From NCBI GenBank assembly GCA_028023455.1, contig JAQFVV010000007.1, positions 10,850,001-10,914,000 of the forward strand: DNA of 64,000 nt, given 5' to 3'. A program made the position numbers and the translations under genes. The stretch comes from Epiperipatus broadwayi. Taxonomy: Eukaryota; Animalia; Onychophora. How positions within the stretch are numbered: the first letter of the stretch is position 1; every line of letters begins with the position of its first letter. This document shows, in pieces, positions 29,011 through 41,789 of the stretch. The notes under the pieces are model-generated. The model was not told the origin of the DNA and did no database searches. It worked only from the letters and a program-made list of their open reading frames with translations.

Positions 29011-30953
29011 TGGAGTTTGACTTCCTATTTAAAGATTTAAAATTTCAGCACTTTATAATAATAGATTTACATTTATAAGTCGTGTTTGTCTGATCATGGG
29101 TGGTTAAAAATGAGACACTGTCCTTCTCCTGTGATAGGTTAAATAGATTTGTGCAATTCAAAATTTGATTATAACATCAGGCAGTCAATAGACTCAAGTT
29201 CTTATTTAGCATGGTCAGTGAAAGTTGGTGTAAATGCACTATAAACTTAAGTGATTCACTTAAGTTTTTTAAACTCTTACTGACGTGGGAGTGCGAGGAG
29301 ATTTATAATATTTAAAGTAATATAGCGCATTATCGGAGGTGGACTTCCATCTAATGATTTTATATAGCTGTTATATATCTTGTTATTTATAATAAATTAT
29401 ATGAAAGAAAGACAGCGTAATGGACTTTATTAAGTTCCATTTTTAATAATATCCCTAACCCTAACCTTAACCGTAATCATAAAAGTATATAAATTGTGTA
29501 CTTTATTGTTATTATAAACAAAGATATTTTGTAGATAAAGAGAATAATAAATGACTATTATTTTTTGTTTATTTAAGTCTACTTTTTTTTTTATAATTTA
29601 TTTTAAGTTTCATTATCTATTACGGGTTTTTTTTGCTTTGAAGATGCTTTTCCACATAACATTATTTGTTTACCTTAATTTTTGAACTATAAATTTTAAA
29701 TGTCCATAGATTGACTTTTAAATCAAATTTATGCCAATTGAGTACACAAATTATTGGGAAAAATAAAAAAAAGCTACTTCTTTAACAGCATTGTCAAGAA
29801 TTGAAATCTGTTTTTGTATATGTATGTGTTTTTTTTTTTATATAGTACATTTTTTATTTCTCAAGTAATCTTTTTTTAGTTTGGATTATTTTTCTGTCCT
29901 ATCTCATTTATTTATTTATTTTTTAAAAAAGCCTTTTTTTCAATTAACTTTTTATTCTTCTGTATTAAAACCATTTCCAATGGAGCCGTCTTTTCAATTG
30001 GTGATATCATCATTGAGTATCCGTATTTCCCAGAGGTATGCTTTCTGATTGAGAGAGAAAGTGTCCTAATTTGAACATTCCCATCTAAATATTTCACATA
30101 CTAAAAAGGTTATCATTGCTATTTCTTTTCTAATTAATAATGAAATCATTTCATTGAACTGCTCTTCTCTGATCTCATTGTGGTCTTGGCATTAGATTAC
30201 TCTCAACAGGATGAATAAGTCTGTCAAAATTTAATTACTTTAATGTTTAATAGTTTTGTTTTAGGCTTATAAAATTATATACCGTCTTTTCTCTCCTACC
30301 CGAATTTGCAATATTTTATTTCATTCGGAACTAAAGAAATTTAATCCTCTCTAATGAAGGTGGTCTTATAGGTCTTTGGGAGGGGGAAAAACACTGATAT
30401 TGTTGGCAGTCTTAATTAGATAACATGGTTTTATTGCATTAATTTTTCTAATGAGTTTTTAGTCTGTCTTAGGAGAATTTTAACATTTTTAAAATTTATT
30501 TTTGATTTAAATTTTAACTTTTCCATTTTTATTTTAAAAATTACAGTGCAGTAGTTAAGAAATAACATTTTCTAAAAGTTTTATATTTTACGTATTTTTT
30601 TTTTTACATTTGTCGTTAAATAATCTGATAGTCAATTATTTACATGACTACATTTCCATCAGTATTTTGATTCATTATATTTTTGCATGTTTTGATAAAA
30701 TGGTAAATATTTGTTGAATCTGAATTTAAATATTCTCAATAATTCTGATAACTCCATCATCAAAATATAATACCGGTAAATTAAAGGCAATTCTAGTGCC
30801 TTAAAATCGAATACGACTTTAGTGCCCCTCAAATGTATAAAGATTGTATTTAATATTTTCAACATTTCCCCACAAATATACAGTATTATTTATGAACTTA
30901 AATCTATAAAATATCCTTAGATCAAAACTTTCAATTGCAATTAGTAATATTTA

Positions 30954-31212
30954 CTGGGGCTATAACCTCGAGAATATGCGTGTAAGATTTCGCGAGTATT
31001 AATGTGTAATAAGAAATGTGGACTTAATCAGTGAAGTATTGAATAGCTTCACGCTCGCAGATTTAACCGCTTCAGCTTCACCTATTTAAATAGAAAGTAG
31101 GTTGAAGTAAAGAAGTTCCCCTCTTTTCTTCCATAACGTAAGCTTGTGGTTAAACACCTGTAGATGTCCCTTATCGCATTTTACACGCTTATTCTCGACG
31201 TTATAGCCTCAG
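30954..31212. mobile_element. MITE with ~40-bp TIRs and a TA target duplication
   Basis: CTGGGGCTTATAACCTCGAGAATATGCGTGTAAGA versus the reverse complement of the right end; TA at 30952-30953 and 31213-31214; CpG-rich, so probably young. Confidence 0.8.
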
Positions 31213-31289
31213 TAAATATTACTTACGTGCGTTTAATAAATTTATAATTGCAATTAGATGTGAACTGAAGGGAAAACTTTGGGGTGTTG

Positions 31290-31460
31290 ATTTAGAATGT
31301 GCTCACTTGTCATTTTGAATTCTAAGGACTGCCCAAAATCACAACTGACACATCCAAGCAATAAATGACATTGAATAATCCACATGAGGTCACTTGGATG
31401 TGTCAGCCAGCAGTGGTTGGTTCTTAGAATTCAAAAATGGTAGTGAGCACAGTCTAAATA
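31290..31460. repeat. Dispersed ~100-bp repeat (family G), inverted pair here; other copies at 14125-14215 and 32570-32670
   Basis: Shared CTTGGATGTGTCAGC..CTTAGAATTCAAAATGG. Confidence 0.7.
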
Positions 31461-33787
31461 TTGAAGGCTTAAAACTTCTAAAATATGAATTTTATTACAA
31501 TAATGATGGATGAAGTGTCAAGGTATGTGGGGAGATGGAAGAATGTTTTTGACAATATGAAGTATCATCCAAAAAATGCAAAAGTCTGATCAAACTAAAT
31601 TTATAATTTAGAAATACTAAAAGCTTATAACATCTAAAATACAAATTTTATTATAAATATGCCTATAATCATATGTTGAAACAAACATATTAATTTTATA
31701 ATTAATCAGATTTTTTCTTGTCAGAGAGAAAGTGTGATGTTGCATGTTTCCTTTGTCACATTTGATCCTTTGACATGAATATCAGATCTACACTTGATGA
31801 TGTGAGGCCCTTATGAGCTCTTAAAATTGATACAAAGCTATATATCTATTTACATTATTTTTTGTCTATTAATATCAAAATGATTTTTACCAACATGTTT
31901 AAAAAAACTAAGAAGAAATTTGGCTACTCAAAAGCTTCTAAGATTTTGGATCAAAATTTGTTTTTTATAGTCATTTTCAAATCATGCCATCGCATGTGAA
32001 CAATGCTAAATTTTTATCATCTCCATCTTTTTTTTCATAATGAGATGTGAGAAAGGAAGCACACAGCAGTACTCATTTTGGTAAAGAAAAATCTGATTTA
32101 TTAAGTTTTTATTAATTATAAAATTAATATTCTTTACTTTAGTCAATTATTCTTTTGACTAATGTTAAGATAAAATGTGATTTATTATCAATTGTAGAAT
32201 TAATATATGTCGGCAGTTGTTTCTATATTTATTCAATATTTACATTATTTCAACACATGGTTATAGGCCTATATTAAAATAAAGTTCATATTGTAGAAGT
32301 TATAAGCTTGGTTTGATCAATTTTATGTTTACTGAATATGTGGTTTTAATTAATTTTTGTGTCCATTATTTTTTTTTGTTTACTTTTTTTATTTAAGTAT
32401 TTTAAATTTGTATTTTAGAAAATATAAGCTTTTAGTTATTCGGTCCTCCCATTTTTAATATTTATATATTTTAGTCATGTGATTTGATCAAGCATTGTTG
32501 TATGAAATTTGCACTTTAATTTTTTAATTATTGATGTAAATTTGATTTTGTAACAAGTGATGATATCACAACAACATGTGGATTATTCAATGTCATTTAT
32601 CTCTTGGATGTATCAGCAGTGATTTTAGGCAGTCCTTAGAATTCAAAATGGCCATGACCACAATCTAAATCAGTATTGACTTAGTTATATTAAATAGAAA
32701 TCCCTTTTTAAAGGTTGATTCAGTTATATTATTAAATCAGAATAAAACTACAATACTTCTGGAATGACTTTTGTTATTAATATGTGCATAATATAATCAA
32801 AAATCATAATGAACCAAATCATTTGTTGCTCTACTTTCATAATCAGTGCTAAAACAACAGTCACTGGCATTATCTATAGTAAAATTGAATAATCAATGAT
32901 TACCAGATGTTAGCACTTAAATCTCCAAACTCAGACCAATTTCTGGTATCTCTTATCATTAATGAGACTTGAAATTTTTTATTATAGTAATGTATGTGTG
33001 TATGGTTTCTGGGGAAAATATAAAACATTCTTAAACTAGGGACCATTGTGAGTATTTATATACTTACAAATAGCTAGGTTTCTTTATTGAGCTTTGACAA
33101 ATAAATTATTTAATATTTATAAGATGAAAAGAATTTCAAATTATAAAAATTCAACAATGTGGGATTTACAACAAAATTTTTATAGATATACTGAATAACC
33201 TCCATACTTCTCCATTCCTTTTAAATTCATATAAATAAAGATACAATAAAAGACAAATAACCCCGAAGATGCATTTTATGCTGAACCAGGACTCATCAGT
33301 TGGCCCATGTCACTATCTCTCATATATATCTCTATTATATGAAGAGTACTTATCTATATTAAATTGTTATACTTTTATTTACCATTGTCAAACTCACTCT
33401 ACTCACAACTTTGACACCATCCACCTCAGATAAATACAATAATGATTATTACTAATCATTTTCTAAACTAGTGATTATCTCTAGCACAAAGATTAATATT
33501 TCTGATTTTTTAATTTTAAACATACACACCCATGGAGTTATTCACCTTTCTCTTTACCATATGTAATATCTTTATAGATATATTAAACAACCTCCATACT
33601 TCCCCTATTTCTTTTAAATTTGTATAAATAAATATACAATAAAAACAAATGACTCAATCTCTCGTTTAGAACATGGTTAGTAATAATCATTATTGTATTT
33701 GTCTGAGGTGGATGGGGTCAATGTTATGAGTAGGGTGAGTTTGACAATGGCAAATAAAAGTGTAGCAATTTACTATAGATAAATATT

Positions 33788-34125
33788 TTTACAATTTATA
33801 CAAACCACTTTGAACACTTTTTAGCAAAATTCTTTATTTGTACATATATATACACCTACATTTTGATTGTCCTGCAGTCTTTTTCAGAACCAGTTCATTT
33901 TAATTTCTTTAAAAAACGTTTTCTTCAAAGATAATTTTTTGAAAAAATCAAACATTTTTTTAAGAAATTAAAATGAACTGGCTCTGAAGAAGACTGCAGG
34001 ACAGTCAAAATGTAGGTGTATATATATGTACAAATAAAGAGTTTTGCTAAAAAGTGTTCGAAGTGGTATGAATAAATTGCATTTATAGGATATTACAACA
34101 AAATAAAGAAAAGTGTGATTTTGGT
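33788..34125. mobile_element. Family E (PLE pLTR-like, CTGAAGA hammerhead core): palindromic insertion with a 10-bp TSD
   Basis: Arms ~33791-33916 and ~33954-34080; core CTGAAGA-A-GACTG-CAGGA-CAGTC-AAAA at 33984-34010; GATAAATATT at 33778-33787 and 34126-34135. Confidence 0.8.
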
Positions 34126-34174
34126 GATAAATATTCTTCATATAAGAGATATATATGGGTGATAATGACCTGGG

Positions 34175-34214
34175 CCAACTGATGAGTGCTGGTTCAGCAT
34201 GAAATGCATCTTGG
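34175..34214 (+). ncRNA. Minimal type I hammerhead ribozyme, family A (best copy)
   Basis: CCAA-CTGATGA-GTGCTG-GTT-CAGCAT-GAA-ATGCAT-C-TTGG: stem I, 6-bp stem II, palindrome ATGCAT, predicted cleavage after C34210. Confidence 0.88.
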
Positions 34215-36964
34215 GGATCATTTGTTTTTTATTGTATCTTTATTTTCATGAATTTAAAAAAAAATGGGGAAGTATGGAGGTTGTTTAATATATCAATAAA
34301 GATATTACACATGGGAAAGAGAAAGGTGAATAACTCATTGTGTGTGTATGTTTAAAATTAAAAAAGCAGATATATGAATCTTTAACTGAGGTTTAAAGTT
34401 TATATCTGTGCAAGAGATAATCTCTGTTTTAGAAAATGATTAGTAATAATCATTATTGTATTTATCTGAGGTGGATGGTGTCAAAGTTGTGAGTAGAGTG
34501 AGTTTGACAATGGTAAATAAAAGTTTAACAAAATTTTTATATTACATAATATGGCATGTAGCAGTTTTTTCATTATTACATTTTCTTGTATGTTGGCATT
34601 TTTCACTTTATTTTTTTAAAATTTTAATTAATAACTCTTGAATATCCTGTATAAAACTTTCCATGTAAAAGTCAGGGCTCTACTTCTTAAAGTGAATATT
34701 CACCTGGCATCTGCAGTAGGTACTTAATGTTAACATCAGTATTCCAGTCAAGTAAATAATGTTAAAATCTGTATTTATTTGATGCAACAATTAAATTTTT
34801 TGAATAAAATTTTAAATTAACACATAATATTAAAAATGTTTTTCTGCTTCAAATTATTTTCATGATTTATATCTTGCAATTAGGAAGCATTAACAATTCC
34901 TAAACATCGAAGTGCGTTACTTCTTGAATTTCTTCAGTTTTAAAAATCTTCGTGAGTAGCATATAAAACTATTCCAAAACAGAATATAGAAGGCTAATTA
35001 TAAAGTAGACTTTTTTATATTTTCCACATTTATACTATATAATTAATTAGAAAACGGAAATTTTAAATATTATTTTTATCTTCTCACTATGAGTAACAAG
35101 ATAAGTATTTACTACTCATCGGTTGAATGGCATGCTAGATTAACTGTGGACTGCCTATCTCAAATGAATTACTAAGTTTGTGTGAAAATGCTCAAATGAT
35201 TAATATCCATTGTGCTATTTAGTTTCAAAATAGGTTATGAATGTAGCAGTAAGAAGATTTAATGATTACATAATTCTATATTTATATATAATTGTTTAGA
35301 TAAACTATCATTAATCCAAACACTACTAACACAAAAATATCTATTATCCAAACAAAATTACAATGTATAGTTTAAGTTTATTGTTTAATTGATATATATA
35401 TAAATTGTGCTAATATAAACATATTATGTATTTTAAAGTGTGTATATTATTAGTAGTTACATTTATTACAGTCTACCAAAAGTCTTTCAATATATACTAA
35501 CTGTTGATGATAAAATTATTGTTTATTTAAATTTTTAGCAGAGTTCACTTTTATAGTGAGGTAAGAGAAAGATTTATTGTTGAAATCAGCAAGATTCATC
35601 CAACAGAAAAGGTCCTGAGATTAGGGACTTTGGTTTAATATTTGTATTATTAATATTTTCATAAATACAGGCAAAACACCTCTTAGTGATACAGTCAAAC
35701 ATTATCTATTATTCATAATTTTCATTAGTGAAAACTTTTAATGTTTTTTTCTTTCTTAACTTTAGCTTGAACCTCAAACTTTTTGAGATTTATCCATTAA
35801 TATGTTATAATAAGTTGTTTCAGTAATTTTCTGTAGGTGGCAATTGTAATCAGAGAGAAATCTTGATTTTATGCTTTTTTTGATGAGGAGGAATTTTTCA
35901 CATCATAATATATATATATTAGATAGTTTTATTTACATCTATTTTATCATAATCTAGATTATTATGTTTGTATATAACATTTATGCAATTAATAAATAAA
36001 TGGACAAAATAAATGGTTTAGCATTCATATAACAGATACAAATTATTCTTGTCCATTTTGAATTAAGTGATTTGATGCTTTATAAGAAAATTCCCAGGAA
36101 AATCAGCTACATAAGAAAATTGAAAATAACATAAGTTTGATTTTAATGAAGGATTTCTCTCACTTATAGAAATATCATCATTTACTTTTTTTTCATAGAA
36201 AGATTTGGGGAAACTGTGTTGGTTTATAAATAATAATAGTCATACCACAGAAAATAATATTAAAAAGTACACTCCACACAAATATCTTTCCAACATTTCA
36301 ACACAGAGAAATAAGGAAGGGATAAACAATATTCACCATGTTAGTTAACCAGATGGCAAAAATTTTAATTTTTTAAATTTTATCTTCTATCTAATATTAG
36401 CTAGATATTTCTTTATTGTTCAGTAATTAAATAGCTAATTGAGTTGGTTATATACTAACTACCTGAAAAAAAATCAAATAGCAGTTTGTTAGCATGATAG
36501 GAACTAATCTCTAAGCTAGTAATTCTTACTACATGCAAACTGTCTATGTTACAGAAAAATGAGGATAACTTCAGTGCTAAAATGTAATAAATTAAATGTG
36601 ATATTAATACTATTTTAAACACAGAGGAATATTGAAACTATTAACTATATCCTTTAACTCATATTTGATGCAGAATAGTCATATCAAAGGGCAATTGTTA
36701 ATTTCAAAATATTTCCAGTTTTATTTTGAATATAACAATTGTCTTTTGATAAGAATGATTAGTGATACAGTTGCATTATAGGTTATATTTCAGGTTTTCA
36801 TTGTTTTTACAGACAGAAAGTAGTAATAGTATTAGCCCTTTATCTTCTTTAAGAAGTATAATAACTAATCTTTTTTATTGCATTGCCAAATGTATATAAT
36901 ATAATATTAAATCACCCATGCACTTGATCACTGTTTCACAATGCTTTAATTACCACCCACTTTC

Positions 36965-36998
36965 ACAGTTTCAATTGCTCCAGCAATCTTCTTCAGAA
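36965..36998 (-). ncRNA. Hammerhead-like core in the PLE pLTR (family B)
   Basis: CTGAAGA-A-GATTGC-TGGA-GCAATT-GAAA; stem II is clear, stem I and the cleavage triplet are not resolved. The second copy at 44293-44320 (+) has GAAA changed to AAAA. Confidence 0.65.
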
Positions 36999-37936
36999 CT
37001 ACAATATAATACAAATATAAGAATATAAATATATATGAACATATAATTTATATACATTATATGTATATAATTCATATACATACATATACACATATAAGTA
37101 CATAGGAATATAATTACATACATATATAACTATATATATATAACTTATTTACACTCTATATATTCATTTTATAATCATTTATTTATTACCTTTTAAATAT
37201 TATATATTTTACCCTTTTAACATTCTATATTTAATATTTAGAACCTTCTATAATCATATATATATATATTATTTTTAGTTTTTATTTTACTCTTATTACT
37301 CTGTTAAATATTTAACTCTAATTTAATATTTTTTTATACTTTACATTATTATTATTCATTTTATTAACAATCAATATTTAAAATTTATTCATTCAATTAT
37401 TTATAATTTACTTAAATCTATAATATTATTATCTTAAACATATTTTTACCTACCTTTCTTTTTATTTATTTAGAACTCACCTGCTAACTTCAAATTTAAA
37501 AATTACAGCTATATTTTTAGTAGCTCCCTCTTTAAATTTTGATGTGATGTGATGCACTATGACTTCTCCTTATACAAAGTCAGAAATCTCTCACCCACTA
37601 TATCCAGAGAAACCTGTTAGCCACTTTAATCTCTCTTTCCACTCCCAATCCTAAGTTTTCCTATAATCTGCTGTATCCTATTTTCACAACATAATCCTTG
37701 TCAATTCCATGGCCTTCATATATAAATCCCCCATATTTTTTCCCAAACCCAGCATAAAAACCAATAACTCACATTCTGTATAATCACTTTGTTCATATTT
37801 ATTCTTCCATAGCTTCATTATTTGTACTCTTTCTCCTTTCAAGCATTTACATCGAATTAACAGATGCCTAATATTACTGGCAGCTCCCTCTTTTTATTTT
37901 TTATATAACTAAATCTTTCAATTTTTTGATTTTATT

Positions 37937-38284
37937 TTATATCAAAATTTTTTTCAGGCCCAAATCTCTATTTAAAACTGGCTTAATATTATTAATATAA
38001 ATAGCCATTTTTATTTTCCTATCTCTTTTACTATCTGTAAATTGTATCATCCTTATACAATCATTTTCAAAATCATGTCCTGTTTCTAATTTATGTAAAT
38101 ATATCAGTGAATTTTTATCATACTTATGTTGTAATAGTCTTCTATATATTAAAGTTTTTGTTTCTCCTACATAATTTACATTTAGATTATTAATTTGACA
38201 CTTTTTACAATTAATCTCATATATTCCATTATCTAAATTTTTATCATAAATACTAATATACTTATTTTCTAAAATGCTAATCAT
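37937..38284 (-). pseudogene. PLE GIY-YIG endonuclease fragment
   Basis: GIYEINCKKC...NYVGETK...RRLLQHK...HKLETGHDF...RKIKMAIYI...PVLNRDLG is a GIY-YIG with the CCHH zinc motif typical of PLEs. Confidence 0.92.
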
Positions 38285-38427
38285 CTTTTTTCTCTTTTTA
38301 TTAACTACTTTAACATTTAATACATTAATATTTTTTTACTAATTTTACCTATAACTTTATTTAAATTTTAAACTACATAATTATTTCCTATCTTTATATC
38401 TATATAATTAACTTTATTACTACTTCT

Positions 38428-39111
38428 TTATTCTATATTATTATTTATATATTCTATTTTAGCTTCTATTAATCTAATATTTTCATTTTTAAATTTATTT
38501 GGATAATCATTATTTATAAATTCTTCTTTAATTAAATCTATTTGTTTAACATAATCCTCTTTACTTGAACAATAATTTACTGCTCTATCAATTCTAGAAT
38601 GTATTGTATTATTTACTTTATTCTTTATATTTATATTTGAATGCCAATTAGTTATATTATTATCTATATAACTTTTCTTATAAATTGATGTTTCAATCCT
38701 ACATTTCTGTTTTTTACATGACTTTATCAATTTTATATCTAAATATGTCAGTAAATTATTTTCTTCTCTTTCTACAATAAATTTAATATTCTTATCCATC
38801 TTATTAGCATCCTCTATAAATAAATCTCTCTCTCTCTCTCTTTGTGTTTTATTAAATATCAACAAATAACCATCTACATATCCCCTAATAAATATTGGAG
38901 CATTATTATTCACTAACATTAACTTCTCTAATTCTTCCATATAAATATTATTCAATACTCCACTTAATGCTCCTTCTATTAATAAACCATTTTGTTTATA
39001 AAACCTATCATTAAATTGAAATGTTATTTCTTTACAACATAATCCTGTAATCTCCTTTAATTGTTTTATATGTATAATTATATCTTTATTATTATCCTTT
39101 TTATATTTATT
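38428..39111 (-). pseudogene. PLE reverse transcriptase, C-terminal half and thumb
   Basis: CCKEITFQFNDRFYKQNG..GALSGVLNNIYME; YVDG (degenerate YVDD); IKFIVEREENNLLTYLDIKL; IETSIYKK; RAVNYCS; NDYP. The first residues of the tracked ORF (39112-39174) belong to the insertion. Confidence 0.92.
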
Positions 39112-41789
39112 GTACCGGTCGAAAAAACGTCCACCACCTAAACTGCAAGTTGGATCCAAACTCAGCTGAAACAAACCGAATTCAAACCCAACTCACCAGA
39201 TCAGATCAATGGATGATCTTAATCGATGGCACAGTGCTATTCACCAAGGAACTAGCTCAATGGTTGGTGAGGATTAGAGACCCCTGAACTGACACTAATA
39301 TCGGATAATAAATTAATTAAAGATAATTTTAAATCGAATCATATGTATATGTTCGGGTTGCCAACACAGACAGCGAGCATTAACATTAAAATAATTATGG
39401 AATAAAAAAATTAAAAAACCAAGTGTGTTAATAAAATATTTTAATAATAAAAGTAATGGTTTTGTTCAAATTTAAATGATGATTAGATTGATCACCTCTA
39501 GCCTTAAACAGAGTTTATAATTATAATAAGAATGGCAGTTCCTATTATATGCCAATGAGTATTACACAATATTATGGAATTCTATGTCTATGCCCCAACA
39601 AGAAACTAAAGGCAGATAAAGGTGTTCAGTTGTAAAGGAAATTATTACTCTAATTTTATACGAAAGAATGTGAGATTTATTTTCACATTCACAAATCCAT
39701 TCATGAAGAGCAAGATACGTATTTAGGGCATAACTTTAACTTTTATTAGAGAACTTATTTAATTTGAGATAACTGAGAATTTGTTTGACTTTAATTGAAA
39801 TCACTTCATCACAAATTATGAGCGTAAGAGTGGGCTTTACTGGAACAGAGAGTTAATGGTGCTGACGAATTATGAGCTATAAATGAAAAGAAAAGATAAT
39901 TGCTGGTCGGTGGTTTAAGTAGTATGGCGGTTTGTGTAACACAAGTCTTACTGCTCTTTAAGTAGACGTGGAACACGGGAAAGCCAGTCCGAGTTATAAC
40001 TACAAATCTTTGGTGTTCCAAATATAACATGAGCAGGGGAGGAAGTGCTTTCTTTCTCTATAATTAAAACAACAGTAATATTACCACTGACAAGCCTATG
40101 GAGTGAAAAGATTGCTTTATGTCAGCAACGTTCGAAGATGATGACTTGATAGTCACCGTTTGAATAATAAAACCCAATTTATTATAGAATGCTCTACGTG
40201 ATGACTTGATCAAATTAATTAAAGACAAATGAGCTTTTAACTAAAATTATTTAAAGCATTTATAAAATTATATTAGTTATGCCCCAAACATTGTGCCCTC
40301 CCTGAAACTTAATAGAAAGTAACAGAAATTTGAATTAGAATATATTTAGTTGATTCCTTTATCGACCCTTTGCAAAAACATTTTAATATTATATATAAAT
40401 AACTAAATATTGATGAAGATGAGAAAATAGCTGGGGCATAGATTAGAAACACAGCTAATAATTTATTATTAGCCAATTTTCGACTCGATGATTGATAGAA
40501 CTGTATAAATCTAGTTCTAATGGGCAAGAATTACTATCAGAATTAATATTATATTATTTACACAAAGCAAATGGAACAAAGGGGCTCATCGAGTCGAAGG
40601 ATTATTGGCATATAATTAAAAATAAATGACATTAAAAAAATCACACAATAAATATATATAATATAGTAAATGAACCACCATTGTAAGAAAGGAAAGTTAA
40701 ATTTAAAGACTAGAGGTTGAGATAATTACTATATATTTAAAAAGCATAAATAAAAGAAAGTTTTGTACAGATTTGCATTAAAGAATGATAAGAGCTCTTA
40801 AAGGTAATGTAAAGTAAAGTTCGAAACTGGCCAGAAAGTTACGGTTCATTATGAAAATATATTACCATTTATTCTGGGCCTGGTTCCTTAGTTTACATGT
40901 CTGGGTTGGTAAAATGTAGGCATGAATTTGGTCGATTACTTGAACAGCATTTTATTGATTTTTTATGATTTTTGCAGCATGATTGGTTCGGAAAGGATTT
41001 AGCAGCTTCATTGAAGATTTTCAGGGAACTTCAGTAACCATAGCCAGATTCCTGACATTTTAGCCACTCACCATGCTAGGAACACTATTTGAATTCATGA
41101 TTTTAAGACGCACAGAATTTACTGGCACTTATCTACAACAAAGATGGCTTCTTCCTCCTCCAAATTTTTCAGAACTATTTATACTCTATCTGATGACTTC
41201 GGGCTAGCACTTCTTTCATTATCAATATTACAAAATTTACTAGTTGTTTTTAGATACATTCCCTCGATAAGGCTTTCAAACTCATTAACTTGAATTATCA
41301 GAAAAATGATTTTAATTAGGAAATCCTTACATTTTAAATATTTATCTTTTTTTCTAATTAATAAAGCTTTACCCATTGTTTTGGAAAGGGAAAATCTGAA
41401 AGCTTATCAAAATAATGTAGCTTTTAATCACTAAAAATTTTAACAAATTATTTAAAGTAAAATCAAAACATGCCCGATGCAATGAAACTTTCGAACAATT
41501 ATATATATTTAAATATTTATAAATATATATGCACAATCCACACAGTTGTAATATATATAAATTCATGAATAATTTTATCATGAATTTATTAATAGCATTG
41601 ATTAATTTAAACTCAAACAAATTAATTTTAACACACATTTATGTAATAGTTTTTCTTTATGGAAATTAGCATGGATTGAATGTATAAAGCTCAATTGCAT
41701 CGGAAATTTAAGGTTAGTACTAGGGTCTGAAGTGGGCTTATGGCTAGATGTCATGAAGCTAGGATCGAACTCAGATTCGACTGCTTCAC
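39112..41789 (-). mobile_element. 2678-bp retroelement-like insertion of unclear class, with a CCHC zinc-knuckle remnant
   Basis: Flanked by TATT at 39108-39111 and 41790-41793. Removing the insert and one TATT restores the PLE frame (IDIIIN-KYKKDN). Minus strand 41082-41123 reads SKFCAS*NHEFK*C, a decayed CX2CX4HX4C. Confidence 0.7.

Larger units (their letters stand above)
33180..34525. mobile_element. Family A (~415-bp HHR repeat): inverted composite with a nested family E insertion
   Basis: Minus arm 33180-33654 (~1.2 units, period 392 with a 24-bp deletion, HHR at 33261-33305). Plus arm 33660-33787 resumes at 34126-34525. Confidence 0.85.

Noticed and set aside
29453-29472. CCCTAACCCTAACCTTAACC, a telomere-like repeat
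   Set aside because: Only about 3 imperfect units; too short to call an interstitial telomere or a Helitron-like element.
31048-31059. 12-mer TTCACGCTCGCA shared between the MITE and family C
   Set aside because: No flanking homology; most likely coincidence.
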